DNA of 63,935 bases, filler included, from Klebsormidium nitens (Eukaryota > Plantae > Klebsormidiophyceae): the NCBI GenBank assembly GCA_000708835.1. It is 7 parts of 7 records of this genome, joined end to end, with 100 filler letters (N's around TTAATTAATTAA, not from the genome) between each part and the next. Parts side by side here need not be neighbours in the genome. Positions count along the whole stretch, not along the records: positions 1 to 25,793 come from DF237131.1; positions 25,894 to 35,987 come from DF238090.1; 5 more parts are not named here. The stretch is one strand, 5' to 3'. The position numbers and the translations under genes were made by a program. The stretch's first letter is position 1. The number at the start of each line of letters is the position of its first letter. The notes under the pieces are model-generated. The model did not search any database. It was not told where the DNA came from and saw only the letters and a program-made list of their open reading frames with translations. Shown piece by piece: positions 23,201 to 34,340 of the stretch.

Positions 23201-24909
23201 GGGCGGCCGCACGGCGCGAGCACCTCGACGGGTCTTGGAGCACAAAAATGCTTTGCCTTGTCCCGCCGCCGCACGCCCTCCTCGCCCCACCGGTCGCAAA
23301 GGCTCGTAACACTTGCACCACCTCGGCTCATGATCGTATCGACCTTCTTGTGGCTGTGCCCCATGTCGAGCGCCGCCGCTGACAAGCACTCCCAGGGCTC
23401 AAGAGTTCCTCGGTGGGTGCAGACGACTTTCGAGTCTGGCCGACGGCAAATGGGGTCGTTGCACACCAAGAGCCTCCTTGCCCCTGCTTCCCGCTGCGCG
23501 ACCCTCTTGGCGCGTCTCTCAGCAACGATTCGCGTCGCCTTGCTCCTGCCTCCATCAATTGCGCGCTCGATCAAGGGCATGGTTTGCTTCAAAAGCACAC
23601 TCAAAAGGTGCCGGCACCGCTCAGGACCCGTGCAGTTGATACTGCTACAGTGCGCACCCTCTCCTCCAAGCACGCAAACCACGGGCTCCTCTCCAGGGTC
23701 GCTCACGACAAACACTCGGAGGTGCGGCCCTCCCTTCCACGCCTCTGCATCCAACCCAAACAGTGCACTCCCCAAGCAACCCCCTTGTTCCCAGGGCAAT
23801 ACCCAAGGCACGCCGCTCGTGACCTCTCGCGCAAACGGACGGCTGTCATCAAAGGCTGTGAAGATGGCCGCGCCTCCCTGCCACCAGCCGCTCATGAGTC
23901 GGGTCGCTTCCAGGAACCTCATGTCGTGGTCACGGCACGCCTTCTGACCACAGAGGCATCTGAAGCTGCCCATGTGGTCGACCTTGACGAGCCGTGGGAC
24001 ATTACTGAGGCTCCGTCCCGTTGCAGAGACTTCCAAAAGGCGCCCACTGGAGGCGTCAAGCTGTGGGAGGAGAAAAAGGCCGGGAGCAACAGCAATCGGA
24101 GGGATCTTGCTCCGATGGAGCTCCGAGAGGAGGGCCGCCGTGCCGAGCTCCCGTGGACTCGCCCCCTGCTCGAGCGCTCTCTTGACACCACGCCTCGAAA
24201 GGGCGGCCGCCTTGGGCTCGCGGCAGTGCAGACATGGGGCGAGGTCCCTCCTCTGGACAAAGAACTGGTAGCCGCCATCCCTTGCCTCCTCTCCTGACCG
24301 TATCTCCCAAAGCTCTTTCGTGCCATCAAAGGCTTCGTACTTGGTAAAGAGCTCTCGCTGGGGGACAGGGCCCCCGGTCGCGCTCGAAACAAAGGGGCGC
24401 CCAGCTTCGTACTCGGCTTCCACGCACCGCAAGCACAGGAGGTGCCCCCCTCCACCCCGGCAGATGAGGGCCCCGCCCCGGTTCCGTTTTCGCTCCCAGA
24501 CGAAGGGCTCGCTCCCTCGAGCGTAGACCGTCCCTTTTCCGCCGCACGTGCGCCCGATGCACGTCGAGCCGAATCCGCCGCGAGCAAAAGCTCCACCAGG
24601 CCGCAGGCTGAAGGCGAGCCCGTAGTCGAACATAAAGTCGGCGCCCCCTTGCTTGGCCGCGTAGGAGGGGCGGCCCCCTCGCACGCCTCCAGCATTTGGT
24701 AGGGGCGGAACTGCAGCCGGGACGCTCCTGATGTCGCCGAAGACTGGAGCCCGGGCCGGGCCCTTGAAGTGGACCGCCGCACAACTCCTAACGGCTTGAC
24801 CGGCCTTCAGGGTCTCGTGCAGGCTCGTCGAGGCCGATGGGGTGGTCGAGGTAATGAGCACGACGCTGGAGGGTCCTTTCTGGTCACGGGACGCCGTCAC
24901 GAGATTCAT
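20295..24909 (-). CDS. Two-exon KDZ-type transposase with SWIM-like and CxC3-like Cys motifs
   Basis: Exons 24909-23068 and 22409-20295 join as VVYDGQ|EDGIFNFSG. Catalytic GIFIACCQD..GGES, VVEDASC, VVDRFH, TTASEGINS. Confidence 0.82.
22481..23047 (+). CDS. Nested antisense gene: F-box-like N-terminus, Cys cluster, XPA-C-terminal-like helical domain
   Basis: LDLEDLSNAACTCK; CMLC..C..VCDDC; TTMDARRKYRLRDLSSLP..YYLKTNVVVRALQEHNGPQGL. Lies wholly inside intron 22410-23067. Confidence 0.6.
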   Translation: MQMSNIGMNSNVQFGSVLSIIAENGMLDLEDLSNAACTCKDAHAYIGTSMHHYPQSTKMPLPGPHPCTKVYSMQKCMLCKQTDLCFRWPFPPHSNAAVCDDCIGRRYTVLGCLTTMDARRKYRLRDLSSLPWVSDPRPPYQARYYLKTNVVVRALQEHNGPQGLKKVLEARNRRRMVLSANRADRGCT

Positions 24910-25147
24910 CCTGGGATAGGAGAGAAAGCTGTGACTTTTGAGCAGTTTTCGTTGGCCCTAAGTGCTGCGGCAACCCCGAAAATCGGGCTCATTGTGCCGT
25001 GACACAAAGTTGCACGTCATGTGGCCCAATGGCCGTTTGACGTTGGTCCACACCTTGCGAACGGTCACTTTTCAGCAGAAAGCCCAATTCCTAATAACCA
25101 TCAATTGGCAATGTGTGGTCCATCAGGACTGAAGCTGCTGCCCACCC

Positions 25148-25793
25148 CCCGCAACTTGAAGGTGTACCAGAAAAGCACCCATTATGTTCTAAAGAAGTAG
25201 TACTGCGTTTCCTGGTACAGGCTCATCGTGGACTGGATGGTTGGAAGCCGAGGCCGGCCATACCATGCAACTTGAAGGTGTACCAGAAAACACCCATTGG
25301 GTTCTAAAGAAGTCACACACTGTTTTTTGGTACACGTTCGCGACTCCCTCTGAGCTGACCCCTCAATGAAACGCTCCAACCGTTTGAGGGGCCGGCCATG
25401 CCTGTCAGGATGTATCAAAAAATGCCCATTAGTAGATTCCAATTGCGATGACAATCTGGACACTGGACTTTTGGTACACTCGATCATCCCCTGACTCGGA
25501 AAGAATTTGCATTGCATCACCAGGTGTCCCGCCGCAAAAAAGCCGCGGCGGCTTCAAACCTTCCGCAGGACCGGCCATGCCCCGCAGGATGTACCAGAAA
25601 CCGTCCATTAGATTCTTAAAAAGTAATTCACCGGTTCTTGGTACACTCTGATTGTGTGTTGGATGGCCGTACCATGCGCTTGAGGGGCGAGCCTGGCCAT
25701 GCCCCGCAAGTTGTACCAGAAATCGTCCATTAGATTCTTGCGAAGTAATACAGCGTTTCGTGGTACACTCTGATTGTGTGTTGGATTGCCGTA
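25148..25793. repeat. Degenerate array of ~115-180-bp units, each with an inverted GTACCA..TGGTAC pair
   Basis: TGTACCAGAAA..CCATT....TGGTACA recurs about 5 times. Confidence 0.8.
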
Positions 25794-25893
25794 NNNNNNN
25801 NNNNNNNNNNNNNNNNNNNNNNNNNNNNNNNNNNNNNTTAATTAATTAANNNNNNNNNNNNNNNNNNNNNNNNNNNNNNNNNNNNNNNNNNNN

Positions 25894-26430
25894 GTTGTGC
25901 CATTGTCACTTGGTATGCTTATATTTCGAGGCAGGTTTTGACTGGTTGGCCAGCGCTGTCACTTACAGGCTTTTTCAGGATAATGGGTGGAATGGCCGTC
26001 CCTTCTTGCGGGTCAAAACGTGTGGGCTATAAAAACCAATTATGCTTATACTGTGAGGCAGTTTTTGACTCCTTGGCGCTGTCAGCTATAGCGTTTCTAG
26101 AATAACGAATGGAATGGTCCTCAGCTTGCTTGCGAGTCAAAACCTGTGCCATTGTCACTTGATATCTTATATTTCGAGGCAGCTTTTGACTCCCTGGCGC
26201 TGTGAGAGCTGTAGCGTTTTAGGAAAACGAACGGAATGGACGTACCTGCTACGAGTCAAAAGTTGTGCCATTGTCAGTTGGTATGCTTATATTTCGAGGC
26301 AGGTTTTGACTGGTTGGCTAGCGCTGTCGCTTACAACGTTTTTCAGGATTATGGGTGGAATGGCCGCCCCCGCTTGCGAGTCAAAAGCTGTTCCATTGAA
26401 ACCGGTTATGCTTATAATAGAAGGTGACTT
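25894..26430. repeat. ~120-bp tandem array, each unit with an inverted TTTTGACT..AGTCAAAA pair
   Basis: GTGCCATTGTCA.TTG.TAT.CTTATATTTCGAGGCAG.TTTTGACT..GGAATGG..GAGTCAAAA about 4 times. Confidence 0.85.
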
Positions 26431-26580
26431 TTGACTTCACACCATGTGGGGTAATGGAAAGGCTGCGGCACGTGTGTCTCGAAGCTGAGACATAGGAGTT
26501 TGTCAAGGGCCGGGGGACTGTGCTTCTCGCGACATCGAAGGAGCAGCGGCAAACTTGGTACGTGATACGGGCTACGAGTC

Positions 26581-27754
26581 GTGCACGAAAGGCTTAGGAG
26601 AATAGAAAAGGTGCATCCTTTCCAACTTGCTCCAGTAATTGCCAGGTCCGACATGAGTTACGAGATGATGGAAGGCCCCAGCGCAAGGTCCGTACCGCCC
26701 CCCCTCGTGCCCGCAGAAGCCGTGCAGCATTGGGAGAGGCGAGAGGGCCGCTTCGTTTGTCTCGAGCGTCACCCGATCGAACCCGAAGCCATATGCGAAA
26801 AGACGTTTGCATCCAAGCAGGCCCTAGAGGCCCACCGTTCGAGGACGGGTTGCGAGCCTGCAAAGCTACCCAACGATCGGCGCATCTCGAGGTTCTTTCA
26901 ATTGACACCAGAGGCGGCTCGTCAAGTGAAGCATCAAGGCAATCAAACTGCGGTTTCGACATACAGAAAGACGTTCAAGGGAGAGAGAGCCACCTTTCGA
27001 GCCCGACATTTGGCAGAGTACACAGAACGGGCGTTGATTGCCGTTCCCGACCCTGAAAAGCCCAAGGTGCCCGAGTACGTGGCACCCCCGATCTCGTGGC
27101 TGCTCGCGGGCGCACAGTTGACGTCGCAGGAAGCGAGAACCATGCTCGATTCTGGCGAGCTGCACATGAACCACAGAACGTGGTCTCTACAGTACCATCC
27201 CGACAAGGTCGAGGTCAGTGATCCTCACGATTTTCGAGACCACTTAAAAAGTGAGCAACAAAAGTGTACATACAAAGGTAATCGTGTACATTCATTGACA
27301 ATCGTGTACATTGATCAATAATCATGAAAAAGGTACTAAATACTAACACGGCCTTCCTACTTTGCAGTGGAAAAGCCCAGAGACTCTGCAAGAATTCGAG
27401 CTACACTTCAAAGGGGTACAACCCGAGCTAAACGGAGCAGGCTGCATCGTATCACCTAATAGAGCCCTGTATGCGACGCACTTGTTCGGACCTCTCAATG
27501 AAGATCGATTCAAGCCGGGTCAGGTTGCACAGAAGACGGGCGGCATGCTATGGCGGGCCTGGCTGAACGTGGAGGCCGAACTGATCACTTCGTACGCTGT
27601 TTACCTGTTGAGGTTTGCAGACTACGAATCGAGGATCAAACGGATCGAGGAAGAGCTCCAGATGTCACGGGCGAGATGGATAGATGATCAGCTAGAGAGG
27701 AGGTTTAAGACGTCCATCGCGTTTCGACGGTTGATGCGCAACCAGGATCAGTAG
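26581..27754 (+). CDS. C2H2-like Zn finger + HPD-motif segment, probably spliced to ORF-A
   Basis: ICEKTFASKQALEAH; SLQYHPDK; candidate intron GTAATC at 27278 to TTGCAG at 27366; then WKSPETLQEFELHFKG..LWRAWL. Confidence 0.6.
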
Positions 27755-27795
27755 GTTGTGAAATTTTCCAGGCGAGTACCAATAAAGGAGAGTCC

Positions 27796-28296
27796 ATGGA
27801 CGCCATTCTTGGTTGGAAACCAAGAGAGAATATTGCAATTGTCGAGATGGACCAGCGTGTCCTTGAAAGTGTGCGGTGTGCAATCGTAAGGGCTTATACG
27901 GAGATGGGTATCTCACATACGGTGCTCGACATTGGGACTCTCGCTCCAGCAAGGGCGCTCTGCAGACCTTTTTCGTTAAGGCACATCTGCAGAACGACTG
28001 TCCGCTCTCTACAACGAGAGGGCTTTGAGGCGGACTGGTATAAAAACGGTTTCCTTGGTTCCCCTTATATGCTTCATATAAGCTGGAAGATGGCTTTGAA
28101 ACATGCAAGCCGTGCGCGAAAGGCCGCTCGAAGATCGCATACCCGACATAGAAGGAGAGACGACTTCGTTTCGTCGCATTGCACAGCATCCGAATCCGCT
28201 TCCGAGTCACCTGCCGACTCTTCTCATATCTGGGACGATCAAAGCGCCTATGGCTTGGATCTAGAGTGTCTCGCCAATCCATCAAAGGCTCGCTGA
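27796..28296 (+). CDS. ORF-B homolog, unknown function
   Basis: Aligns with 14268-14810. Confidence 0.8.
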   Translation: MDAILGWKPRENIAIVEMDQRVLESVRCAIVRAYTEMGISHTVLDIGTLAPARALCRPFSLRHICRTTVRSLQREGFEADWYKNGFLGSPYMLHISWKMALKHASRARKAARRSHTRHRRRDDFVSSHCTASESASESPADSSHIWDDQSAYGLDLECLANPSKAR

Positions 28297-28506
28297 GTCC
28301 AGATGGATACTATGAATAGCCCAAAGAGGACCCGTTTGCGAATTTCGACCAGCCATATTCACAGTATCTGATGATATTCACTTATCCCGGGAAAATCCAG
28401 ATTTTTATCTCCCGAATACCAGAGCTACGACCTCCTCTTTACCAGATAATATGCAAAGCTTGGATAGGATATCACTTTTGCAGGGAATTCTCGGACTGAG
28501 ATATTC

Positions 28507-29631
28507 ATGTATCCAGACCTTCGAGATGCGTCCGTTGGTCGAAATTTTCTCAGAGTATCTGAGATACCACGAATGGCAATCTTTAAGGCAAACGTAAGGA
28601 CCGTAACCTTACCAGAGACAGAAGAGCTCTTACAGAGGATCTTCGATGATGGTACTCGAAAGCCAGTTACAATCAAGCAGTACATCTCTCATGTCATCAG
28701 GCTGTACAGAGGCTTGTTTGGCTCTGAAGCAGAGATTAGTGGTTTTGACTGGCTTAATGATGCAGACAGAGTGATTATGTACTTTACCAAAACGTACTCG
28801 GACAAGTTGAGTATGCAAGCGACTGGATTGAACCCTTTACTGGTTATTGTAAAGAAGGAGTTCCCCAAGGATCAAGAGCTCTACCAAACGTACTACAAAC
28901 AATATCAAACCGTTCGTGATCTCATGGAAAAGGCCAAGCCCCCTCCTCAGATGCTGTCGGAGTCGGAGTATCGAAACTGGAAGACCCTAGATCAAATCAA
29001 CGAACTTCGAATCGAACTCCAAAGGAAGGTCAATCGAAATATCTTGCCAAAGTCGCCTGATCAGCTCAGTGTCGGCGACAAGGTGATCCTAATGCGCTAC
29101 TTGGTGCTTTCATTATATACAAATAGCCCAAGCCTCCGAAATGATTTCTCAAATCTGCCAATCATCCGTTTTGAGGATATAGATGGGCCATCAGCAAAAA
29201 TACTGATGGCCGGAACTGGCAACTACCTCCTTGAGTATGCTAGAGACCAGTATAGAGTGGTGTTGAAAGACTACAAAACGGTGAAAACCCACGGTGTTCA
29301 GAATCTCGATTTGCCGCAGCGCACCTGCAACGTCATTTCTGACACTTTGCGTGCTTATCCAAGGCGGTACCTCTTGAGCCGAATGCGCAACGGGAATGAA
29401 CCGATGAGCCGTAATTACCTGACGGTCTTTTGTAGCAAGATCTTCCCGGACGCTCATGTGGGCACATGTCTACTTCGAAAGATCTGTGTTTCAAATCAGA
29501 TGAAAGACGCCCCGAGCATTGCTGAACGGCAGGCTTTGGCAAAACAGATGCTGCATAGCCCTGCGATGCAAATGAACACATATGAGAAACACTATCTACC
29601 TGATGGATCAAAAATAAACTTCGGTGCTTAA
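28507..29631 (+). CDS. Tyrosine recombinase
   Basis: PSLRNDF, YKTVKTHG, CLLRKI, MLHS, NTYEK; clearly homologous to 15092-16117. Confidence 0.88.
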   Translation: MYPDLRDASVGRNFLRVSEIPRMAIFKANVRTVTLPETEELLQRIFDDGTRKPVTIKQYISHVIRLYRGLFGSEAEISGFDWLNDADRVIMYFTKTYSDKLSMQATGLNPLLVIVKKEFPKDQELYQTYYKQYQTVRDLMEKAKPPPQMLSESEYRNWKTLDQINELRIELQRKVNRNILPKSPDQLSVGDKVILMRYLVLSLYTNSPSLRNDFSNLPIIRFEDIDGPSAKILMAGTGNYLLEYARDQYRVVLKDYKTVKTHGVQNLDLPQRTCNVISDTLRAYPRRYLLSRMRNGNEPMSRNYLTVFCSKIFPDAHVGTCLLRKICVSNQMKDAPSIAERQALAKQMLHSPAMQMNTYEKHYLPDGSKINFGA

Positions 29632-29795
29632 GTCACAATGTACACGAAATGTTGTCATGATTGAGGTTTGAGCGATTCAGATGGCACAAGGCATTAGCAA
29701 AGTTCGGTCGCAAGCATGTTCGGCAGTTTCCCGTGGATGAGCGAACCCACATTGGACAGCTTGTAGGCCGTTTTAGCTGGGGTGTCAATTGAAAA

Positions 29796-30020
29796 TCATG
29801 CGTTTTGCAATCTTATAATGGTCCGTTTGTGGAGTTTCTTCGTTTGGCCCGCGAGGAAGCGCCCATATGCCTTCTGGAGTAGAATCTTCTCCTGATTCCG
29901 ATTGTAGTACGCTTTCACGTCCTTATTGTGCTTCTCGGGGTGCATTCGTTGATACCGTCTGTGATTTTCGCAAGCCCGACAGAGGCATCTGTGGATGTTG
30001 GCGGGTTCCTGATGGGGCAT
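29796..30020 (-). CDS. Small C-x-C-x2-C protein, truncated by a TGA where copy 1 has Gly
   Basis: CLCRACENH..HPEKHN..; NA*F here versus DAGF in copy 1. Confidence 0.7.
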   Translation of the reverse strand: MPHQEPANIHRCLCRACENHRRYQRMHPEKHNKDVKAYYNRNQEKILLQKAYGRFLAGQTKKLHKRTIIRLQNA

Positions 30021-30126
30021 GTTCTGTCGTGTACTCTAGCTACAAAAAAAACGACCCGTTCGATACACGTGGCCGTGCCGCGTTTGAAACGTCTGAATAT
30101 TTTCTTGAGGACTGACTATAGAAATC

Positions 30127-32061
30127 TTGATGGCTTCATCAGCAACCGAGCACAACGCTTTGGCCTGTGACGCCGTTGGCTCTAGGGCGTTGGCCCTTCA
30201 GAAGACCAAGGCTCTAGGGCCCCAAGGCATCAAGGCTGAGATCTTGCGCCTAGGCACGCTTGGCTTTTTTGGAATCCCGGTACGCATCTGGTTGAAACGA
30301 AACGGCAAGAAAGGCACTAAGTTTCCCAGCAAGTGGGATCACATTGTCACTTCACAGATCTGGAAAGAGAACATCAAAGACATACTTGAAGAGTTTGATA
30401 ACCCTAATGGTATTGCCATCCTGACGGGTCCAAGTCAGATGTATGTGATTGATGTCGATGTGGGTGGAGAAGGGACAAAACGGTGTGGTTTGAGCCTTTG
30501 GAAGAAGCTTATGACCCAACATACGGAGCCTAATACACTCAAAGCAATCACTGGAAATGGGGGTTTCCATCTCTACTTTCGAATGGATCAAAGCACTGGT
30601 TTAAAGCAATTGAACAACTTCGGAACCCTGAAAGTCGATGGCAAGACTTACCGAGTCGATGGAAGAGGGACCGGGGGTGTCATATTTGCCCCACCGTCAT
30701 CCTATGAAGGCCCAAATGGCAAGGTTCTTCAATACAGATGGAGTTCAGAGCCAACTTCGAAAGACGATTGTGTAGAAGAAATCCCAAAATGGCTCGCGGA
30801 CTGTGTGAATCTCGGACGTGCTTCTGCTGTACCGAATGTACAGTCTTTGCCACAGACAAGCTCAGAAGTCGACCACACAGACACTTTACAAGACTCTGAG
30901 GCGATCTCCGGAGATGAGTTGCCCATTCGAACCGTGGTTTCAAACGTGGATTCAAAAGCATACCGTGAAGTGCAAGACCTGCTACGAAAGAACGCTAACG
31001 ATTGCACAGCCGTATACGGTGGCTCAACTGTGCTCCCAAATGGCAATCGCTCTTTTCAGTTCCGTGTAAATGGCCCAAGAACGTGCTACCTTGGACGACA
31101 GCATAACGGCTCTAATAATTTCACTGCAATCCAGGGGTGCGCGGGTGACTTTCAAGAGGTATTCTATCGGTGTTTTGGCACGGCTTGCCAGGAAGACAAT
31201 ACAAAATTACTGGGACGAGTGAGCATTTCCGCCGCTCTAGAGCAAGTGGGGGTGGAAGCTTTCGGAATTCGAGACCGTACTGTGAGTTGCGAAAGCAATC
31301 TGAGAGCGCGGTTACAGCGGCCATTCATGGAAGCCACGATCTGCAGGAGCGATTGGGGAGCTGCATCGATCTTTGCCAAGCTTTTCGAGCATGACAGACG
31401 GGTCATATATGATGCCGGAAGGTTCTGGATATGGAACGGGACCACATGGGTATCATGCAACTCAGAAGCGGCGGAGCTCAAGAGCGCTTTCATGTACCAC
31501 ATGGGCAGAGTGAAGACGTTTTGGCTCAGATTCCTCGCAGAGATACAAAACAAACAGCTTGCTAAGGCAAAATGCACGAAGGAAGCCGACCTAGAGCAGC
31601 TTCGCGGTGCTCATAAGTCAATCGAATCTCCTTCACTGAAAGAGGACGTTCGCAAAGCAAAGGTCGCTGAGAGGGCTATCTTAAAATCATTCGAAGCATT
31701 CAAGAAAAAGACCACTCAGTCGGCCAACTGGCAAGGGCCGGATGTCGAGTCGGTGCCAATTGCAGGTCGATGCCTGGTTCCGCTGAAGGATCTGATCAAA
31801 GTCGAGAACTTTGCTAAAGAGCTCGATACTGCAAGGGATTACTTGAATACATCATCTGGCGCAATACATCTACCGACAGGCAATCTCATACCCCATCATC
31901 CAAGCAATATGCTGTCAAAGGAGTGTTCGACGGAGTACGAGGGGCATGCATATCCGTCCCCACTAGTAGACGATTTCATGCAACAGATACAACCGCCGGA
32001 GACGATGCCCGTTCTGCAGATGACTCTCGGCTATGGCATAACGGGGCATTCTAGAGAAAAA
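30127..32061 (+). CDS. Prim-Pol + Zn domain + D5_N-type SF3 helicase (cut by gap)
   Basis: IAILTG..YVIDVD, ITGNGGFHLYF, VDGRG; RTCYLGRQH..YRCFGTAC; YLNTSSGAIHLPTG..PHHP, LQMTLGYGITGH. Confidence 0.85.
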
Positions 32062-32081
32062 NNNNNNNNNNNNNNNNNNNN

Positions 32082-34340
32082 TTTTCCCCCCCAATTGCTC
32101 TATTCGAATCTACCTACCTCAACCTACCTACCCACCTACCTCCAACCCCCTTTGCTCTTTCAGGATCAAAGACACGGCAGAGCTTCTATCGGCTTCCGGT
32201 CCGGCACCTACCCTACCCTCTCAGCAACCCTGTTCGCATCCCGGTCGCCCAGCAGGTTGCTAGAATGGCTACGCAAAGCTTCGCGTCGTCGACGCGCTTG
32301 AGAGCCGCGTTGTAACCGCCCAGGACGGCGCCTTTCAATAGCCAGCTCATCAATGTGGCAGCCCCTTCGCAGCCATTGTTGCCATTGTTGCCAGCCATTG
32401 CCGATCATATTGAAGTAGCGCAGAGCCTGGCGTTTGATGCTCGCATCTTGGTACGCTGAGCTCTTCGCCATCTCCTGCCCACACGAGGGTGCTAGATCAA
32501 TCAGTCTAACTTGCTTTCCATCTGGCATCTCAAAAACGAGAGTTCCATTCTTTTCGAAATCGCGATTAGCGATGAGTGATTTCAAAGCATGGCCGGCTAT
32601 CTCATGCTCAGGGTTCTTTCTGAGGAAGCTGAGCACTAAAAGGTAGTCAAGGCGTTGCAGCTTTCGTTTGTGATTCCTTAAGCACCGGCATTTTAGGCAA
32701 TAACGAGCCCTGCAAAGCGGCACCGTTAAAGTTGTGTTCGACTCTGCCATCATTGATTTATCCTGATGTTGTATAAAGAGAAAAACGGTGAGCCCTCATT
32801 CTGTTGCGTCAGGAAGACCACAATGTCATCGGTGAGCTGGTCAAATCATGGAATTACCTAAGACGTGCAGCCGTAGTTTCTATTCTAGAGTAACATGGTA
32901 AAACACAATAGAGCAGCACGATATTCCATCAACATGTCCAGTAAACCTTTGCAAAATGGCACACGCAAATGCGGCGGGCTGTCTATGGAACGTGATATTC
33001 GCTGAATATGTATAACGATATGAATAGCGGCCTTTTATGAGAGATCAATAGACAACTCGAACCATTTGCTGTAGCTAAGAAGCTTGCCGCTCCCGAATCC
33101 CCCTACGAAGCCAGCCGTTTGCTGCATCAATGTTCTCGACGAACCTTGCAAGCTTTGACCTCTCAAAGTTGATGTCGAGAATGGTCGTCACTCTACTCTT
33201 GAAGTCATCTNNNNNNNNNNNNNNNNNNNNTTCCCCCCCCCAAATTGCTCTATTCGAATCTACCTATCTCACCTACCTACCCACCTACCTCCAACTCCCT
33301 TTGCTCTTTCAGGATCAAAGACACGGCATAGCTTCTATCGGCTTCCGGTCCGGCACCTACCCTACCCTCTTAGCAACCCTGTTCGCATCCCGGTCGCCCA
33401 GCAGGTTGCTAGAATGGCAAAGCTTCGCGTCGTCGACGCGCTCGAGAGCCGCGTTGTAACCGCCCAGGACGGCGCCTTTAGCCAGCCCAGCAATGTGGCA
33501 GCCCCTTCGCAGCCATTGTTGCCATTGCTGCCATTGCCGATCATATTGAAGTAGCGCAGAGCCTGGCGTTTGATGCTCGCATCTTGTACGCTGAGCTCTC
33601 CGCCATCTCCTGCCCACACGGGGGTGCTAGATCAATCAGTCTAAGTTGCTTTCCATCTGGCATCTCAAAAACGAGAGTTCCATACTTTTCGAAATCGCGA
33701 TTGGCGATGAGTGATTTCAAAGCATGGCCGGCTATCTCATGCTCAGGGTTCTTTCTGAGGAAGCTGAGCACTAAAAGGTAGTCAAGGCGTTGCAGCTTTC
33801 GTTTGTGATTCCTTAAGCACCGGCATTTCAGGCAATAACGAGCCCTGCAAAGCGGCACCGTTAAAGTTGTGTTCGACTCTGCCATCATTGATTTATTCCG
33901 ATGATGTATAAAGAAAGAAACGGTGAGCTCTCATTCTGTTGCGTTAGGAAGATCACAATGTCATTTGTGAGCTTGTCAAATCATGGAATTACCTAAGACG
34001 TGCAATCGTAGCTTGTATTATAGAGTAACATGGTAAAACACAATTGAGCAGCACGATATTCCATCAACATGTCCAGTAAACCTTTGCAAAATGGCACACA
34101 CAAACGCAGCGGGCTAACTATGGAACGTGATACTCGCTGAATAGGTATAATGATATGAATAGCGGCCTTTTATGAGAGGTCAATAGACAACTCGAACCAA
34201 TTGCGGTAGCTAAGAGGCTTGCCGCTCCCGAATCCTTCTACGAAGCCAGCCGTTCGCTGCATCAATGTTCTCGACGAACCTTGCAAGCTTCGACCTCTCA
34301 AAGTTGATGTCGAGAATGGTCGTCACCCTACTCTTAAAGT
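32082..34340. repeat. ~1.15-kb tandem duplication of the region at and downstream of the 3' end of a KDZ gene
   Basis: 32082-33210 matches 33231-34340 nearly throughout; both copies start at short N gaps. Confidence 0.85.
32208..32753 (-). CDS. Unknown Cys-containing protein; second copy at 33541-33888 is frameshifted
   Basis: MMAESNTTLTVPLCRARYCLKCRCL.. is present in both duplicated copies. Confidence 0.4.
   Translation of the reverse strand: MMAESNTTLTVPLCRARYCLKCRCLRNHKRKLQRLDYLLVLSFLRKNPEHEIAGHALKSLIANRDFEKNGTLVFEMPDGKQVRLIDLAPSCGQEMAKSSAYQDASIKRQALRYFNMIGNGWQQWQQWLRRGCHIDELAIERRRPGRLQRGSQARRRREALRSHSSNLLGDRDANRVAERVG

Larger units (their letters stand above)
26581..32061 (+). mobile_element. 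Virus-like integrative element, copy 2 (right end lost in an N gap)
   Basis: Same five-gene order as copy 1. Confidence 0.8.

Noticed and set aside
25839-25850. TTAATTAATTAA inside N runs (also near 36033, 41988, 48776, 51143, 61364)
   Set aside because: Identical and always within gaps, so an assembly linker rather than biology.
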